Virus record (IMG/VR): IMGVR_UViG_3300025276_000003
Span: 1 to 58,993 of that record
Direction: 5' to 3' (one strand)
From: a virus
Lineage: Duplodnaviria; Caudoviricetes
DNA: 58,993 nucleotides
Shown: positions 56,052 to 58,993 of the stretch, piece by piece
Layout of the letters: every line of letters starts with the position of its first letter
Numbering within the stretch: the stretch's first letter is position 1
Position numbers and translations under genes: made by a program
Notes under the pieces: model-generated
The model's database searches: none
The model's input: the letters and a program-made list of their open reading frames with translations, nothing else
What the model was told of the DNA's origin: nothing

Positions 56052-58036
56052 TATTTGAAACAGTAGGACAATTAAAACTTTCTAAACTTAACATTGGTCA
56101 GATCACCAGCACCAAAGGTTACTACGTAGCTGGTGATGGTGGTGGGGCAAACTACCTAGTGGCAGCTACTCAAGCTGTAGACGGATATGGAGATCATGCG
56201 TTAGCTGGCGGGACTGTAGCTTTATTACAGGCTAAAGGTAGCGTAGATATTCGTAAGTACGGGGCTGTCGGGAATGGGTCTACAGATGATTCAGTGGCTG
56301 CACAAGCTGCTCTTGATTCAGGTAATCCTATCTTAGTGGGAGGTGGTCAGACATATAAGATCAACACTACACTCACAATGTCTTCTGACACAACCCTACA
56401 GGATTGTTTATTTGATTACAGTGCTGGGACTACCTCAACACCTTGTATTACTTCGGTAGGGACGTTAGCAAGCTCACTAGCATTGACAGGTTCAGTTGTT
56501 GCAGGAGCAGCTACCTTGACTGTAGCCAACAGCTCCTCATTGGCCGAGAATGATTGGATACTTGTTAGCTCTACAGCAGTCTATGACGCATCCTCTACTA
56601 GCCAAGCTGTTGGGGAGATTATTCAAGTCCAAAGTGCAGTAGCTGGTACGGTCACATTTCGTGGCCCCTTAATGGGATCTTACGCCACAGGGGATACAGC
56701 AATACTTAATAAGGTGTCTTTTGTAGAGAACATAACACTACGTAACGTCACTATTACTGGAAGCCAAGTAGACTCAAACGATCTTGTAGGACTAAAGTCA
56801 TTCTACTCAAACAACGTACTTGTAGATGGATGCAGCTTCTTAGATCTAACAAGAGCAGGTATTCAACTAGTCAGCTGTATTAACAGTAAGTGTACTAGCA
56901 GTTTGTTTGAAAGCTCAGTACAGCCAAACACTACGGGGTATGGGTTCTCTGTTGCAGATGCCACGCAGGACACTCGTTGCGAGAACAGTACGTTTAACTA
57001 TGTACGGCACAGTTGGTCTACTAACAACCTTTCAGGTTATCCGGGTATTCCTCGTCGTTGTATTTTTGATGGCAACACTATTACAAACTCTTCTTACGCT
57101 TTAGGTGGTTCAATGGGAGGGGGAGATGCTATTGACACCCATAGTGCTGCCGAAGATATACATATCCTTAACAACACTTGCTACGGCTCTTCAGGACAAG
57201 GCATTAACTTTGAGTGCCGATCAGGTTCTGTTATCAACAATGCCGTTTACGATTCTCTTGATAATGGTATTGCCTACCATAACGAGTCAGACTATGACGG
57301 ACAGATAATCATTTCCGGTAACACAGTTGAGGGATGCGGCGGTAAGGGAATAGCTGTGTATCAGGGAAGCAGAGGTACTGTAGCTAAAGCGACCGCTGTT
57401 GTAGTAAGTAACAACGTCATCAGGAATAGTGCAGAGGAGGGTATAAGCTTCTTGAAAAATACAGTAAGCGGCCATTGCCGCAATGTTGTAATTACGGGTA
57501 ACACGATAGAAGATTCCCTGCTGCAAGGTATAGAGGTGTCAGACGTTATTGGTGGCACAGTCTCAGATAATAGTATCTCAGGTTGTGTAGGGCAGGGGAC
57601 AGACATTCGGCGCTCAGAATCTATTGTAGTTTCTGGTAATCAGATCACAGCACCATCCGGTAGCTTGGCTGCTATGTACTTTCTCGATTGCACAGGGCTC
57701 TCTGTAACAGGCAATAATCTGTACATTCCTTTAGGTACTCGAAGGGGTGCGGAACTTCGTGGGGATTGCGCTAAGTACTCTTTTACGGGCAACACAATCC
57801 GATCTGACTCTGCGGGCATTATTATGTACATAGATTCAACTACAGTCGGGCTGGATACCGGAGGGGTAGTCAGCGGTAATACGTTTGCTCCTGTAGGCGC
57901 ATCTACCACAGAGAGAGGGCTTCAGATTTCCAACGATGTTCACTACATCCTTGTTACTTCCAACACAGCTAGAGGTACTGGCGGTTTCTCGTTAGGCGCA
58001 GGCACAGGTAACGTAGCCGCAAACAACATGTCATAA
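56048..58036 (+). CDS. Tailspike 2 (duplicate copy)
   Basis: Identical translation to 623..2611. Confidence 0.85.
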   Translation: MIFETVGQLKLSKLNIGQITSTKGYYVAGDGGGANYLVAATQAVDGYGDHALAGGTVALLQAKGSVDIRKYGAVGNGSTDDSVAAQAALDSGNPILVGGGQTYKINTTLTMSSDTTLQDCLFDYSAGTTSTPCITSVGTLASSLALTGSVVAGAATLTVANSSSLAENDWILVSSTAVYDASSTSQAVGEIIQVQSAVAGTVTFRGPLMGSYATGDTAILNKVSFVENITLRNVTITGSQVDSNDLVGLKSFYSNNVLVDGCSFLDLTRAGIQLVSCINSKCTSSLFESSVQPNTTGYGFSVADATQDTRCENSTFNYVRHSWSTNNLSGYPGIPRRCIFDGNTITNSSYALGGSMGGGDAIDTHSAAEDIHILNNTCYGSSGQGINFECRSGSVINNAVYDSLDNGIAYHNESDYDGQIIISGNTVEGCGGKGIAVYQGSRGTVAKATAVVVSNNVIRNSAEEGISFLKNTVSGHCRNVVITGNTIEDSLLQGIEVSDVIGGTVSDNSISGCVGQGTDIRRSESIVVSGNQITAPSGSLAAMYFLDCTGLSVTGNNLYIPLGTRRGAELRGDCAKYSFTGNTIRSDSAGIIMYIDSTTVGLDTGGVVSGNTFAPVGASTTERGLQISNDVHYILVTSNTARGTGGFSLGAGTGNVAANNMS

Positions 58037-58047
58037 AGGAATCAAAA

Positions 58048-58993
58048 ATGTTATTTGAAACAGTAGCACAATTAAAACTTGCTACACTTACCGCAGGGCA
58101 GCTAGTATCCACTAAAGGGTACTACGCTTCCGGTGACGGAGGTGCAGCAGATTACATAGTGGCAGCTACTCAAGCTGTAGACGGATATGGAGACCATGCG
58201 TTAGCGGGCAGTACAGTCGCTTTATTACAGGAGGGATCTTTGGCAGACGTTAAACAGTACGGTGCTAAAGGTGATGGAACAGCAGATGACCTACCTTCCC
58301 TTCTAGCTGCTTGTGCTGTAGGTAAAGCACTGTACTTTGGCGGTGTAGCAAACAACTACCGTATCACGGATTCCATTGCAGTCACGCTAACAGCAGACTT
58401 GCACTGGGTAGCAGATGGGGCAACCATAACAGTAGACTCAGGCGCATCAATACGGCGGGCTGTAGATGTAACGGGTGCTGGCTTTGATGTAAACATCCAA
58501 GGTAAGCTAACAATTGATTGTGACAGGAAAGCATTTACTGGTGTATACATCTACAACAACACTTCCTTTGCCGATGTAAATATCAGCCAACTCTATGTAA
58601 GAGATTGCTTCAGAGCCTCCACAACCTTTTCAGGAGGAGATGGTATTTGGGTTAGGGGTGCTTGGGATAAAGTGGCGTTAATTGATGTAGATATACGTAA
58701 CGTCACTATGGCAACAGGGGCAGGGGTATTTGGTTCGCAAGGTGTTTCTGGTATTACCGTATCGTCAGCTGGAATAGGTCTTGCGCCGCAGCGAGTAAAC
58801 ATTACACGAGTACATATTGATGGAGTGTATTCAGAAGATGCTACATACCAAGCTGACCAAGATGGCATCCGAATCTTCACCGAGGAAGATATAGTAGGGG
58901 ATCCAAAGTTATTTGAAGGGAGCTTCCTTATTAGTGGTGGTGCCATTAACAATTGCGGTGGTAGAAGCATTAAGTCACAGATGGAACACGGTG
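58048..58993 (+). CDS. Tailspike 3, 5' part (duplicate, cut off by the window end)
   Basis: Matches 2623..3568. Confidence 0.85.
   Translation, partial: MLFETVAQLKLATLTAGQLVSTKGYYASGDGGAADYIVAATQAVDGYGDHALAGSTVALLQEGSLADVKQYGAKGDGTADDLPSLLAACAVGKALYFGGVANNYRITDSIAVTLTADLHWVADGATITVDSGASIRRAVDVTGAGFDVNIQGKLTIDCDRKAFTGVYIYNNTSFADVNISQLYVRDCFRASTTFSGGDGIWVRGAWDKVALIDVDIRNVTMATGAGVFGSQGVSGITVSSAGIGLAPQRVNITRVHIDGVYSEDATYQADQDGIRIFTEEDIVGDPKLFEGSFLISGGAINNCGGRSIKSQMEHG

Larger units (their letters stand above)
55426..58993. repeat. Terminal direct repeat copy 2
   Basis: Duplicates 1..3568. Confidence 0.95.

Noticed and set aside
122-58970. Minus-strand and nested alternate-frame ORFs in the track (for example 25619..26110, 27067..27537, 51356..51937, 25054..25533)
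   Set aside because: They are shadows of well-supported + strand genes, with no recognisable motifs or RBS.
1-58993. tRNA/rRNA genes, integrase, repressor, introns or inteins
   Set aside because: None recognised by eye. Polymerase, RNR and TerL lengths leave no room for inteins. A tRNAscan/Infernal run on 8278..9179 would be needed to exclude structured RNAs.

Overview
This window looks like one complete lytic phage genome of about 55,425 bp. Bases 1..3568 recur at 55426..58993, probably a circular-assembly overlap that starts and ends inside tailspike genes. Essentially all real genes are on the + strand. The virion module is a contractile-tail (myovirus) type: TerL, DUF1073-type portal, DUF2213 protease/scaffold, DUF2184-type capsid, DUF3383-type sheath, baseplate J and spike. 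It is combined with a T7-like replication module (primase, family A DNA polymerase, SSB, 5'-3' exonuclease, endonuclease VII, class II ribonucleotide reductase), an architecture reminiscent of Chaseviridae. The most striking features are: (1) two distinct, short T7-type single-subunit RNA polymerases, one at the start of the early region and one just before the virion genes; (2) a ~900-bp non-coding control region behind RNAP1 with three 26-27-bp T7-promoter-like repeats and a helically phased TG(G/T)CA/TGCTA array, followed by a stand-alone AP2-like DNA-binding gene; (3) a gene in the tape-measure position carrying an apparently intact YqaJ/lambda-exonuclease domain; (4) an early anti-host cluster with ADP-ribosyltransferase-like, Ocr-like, SprT-like and small lipoprotein genes; (5) a primase with no hexameric helicase partner; (6) strong CCWGG avoidance at Pro-Gly codon pairs; and (7) about a quarter of the genome devoted to modular receptor-binding proteins. 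All family calls come from motif recognition by eye; no database search was run.
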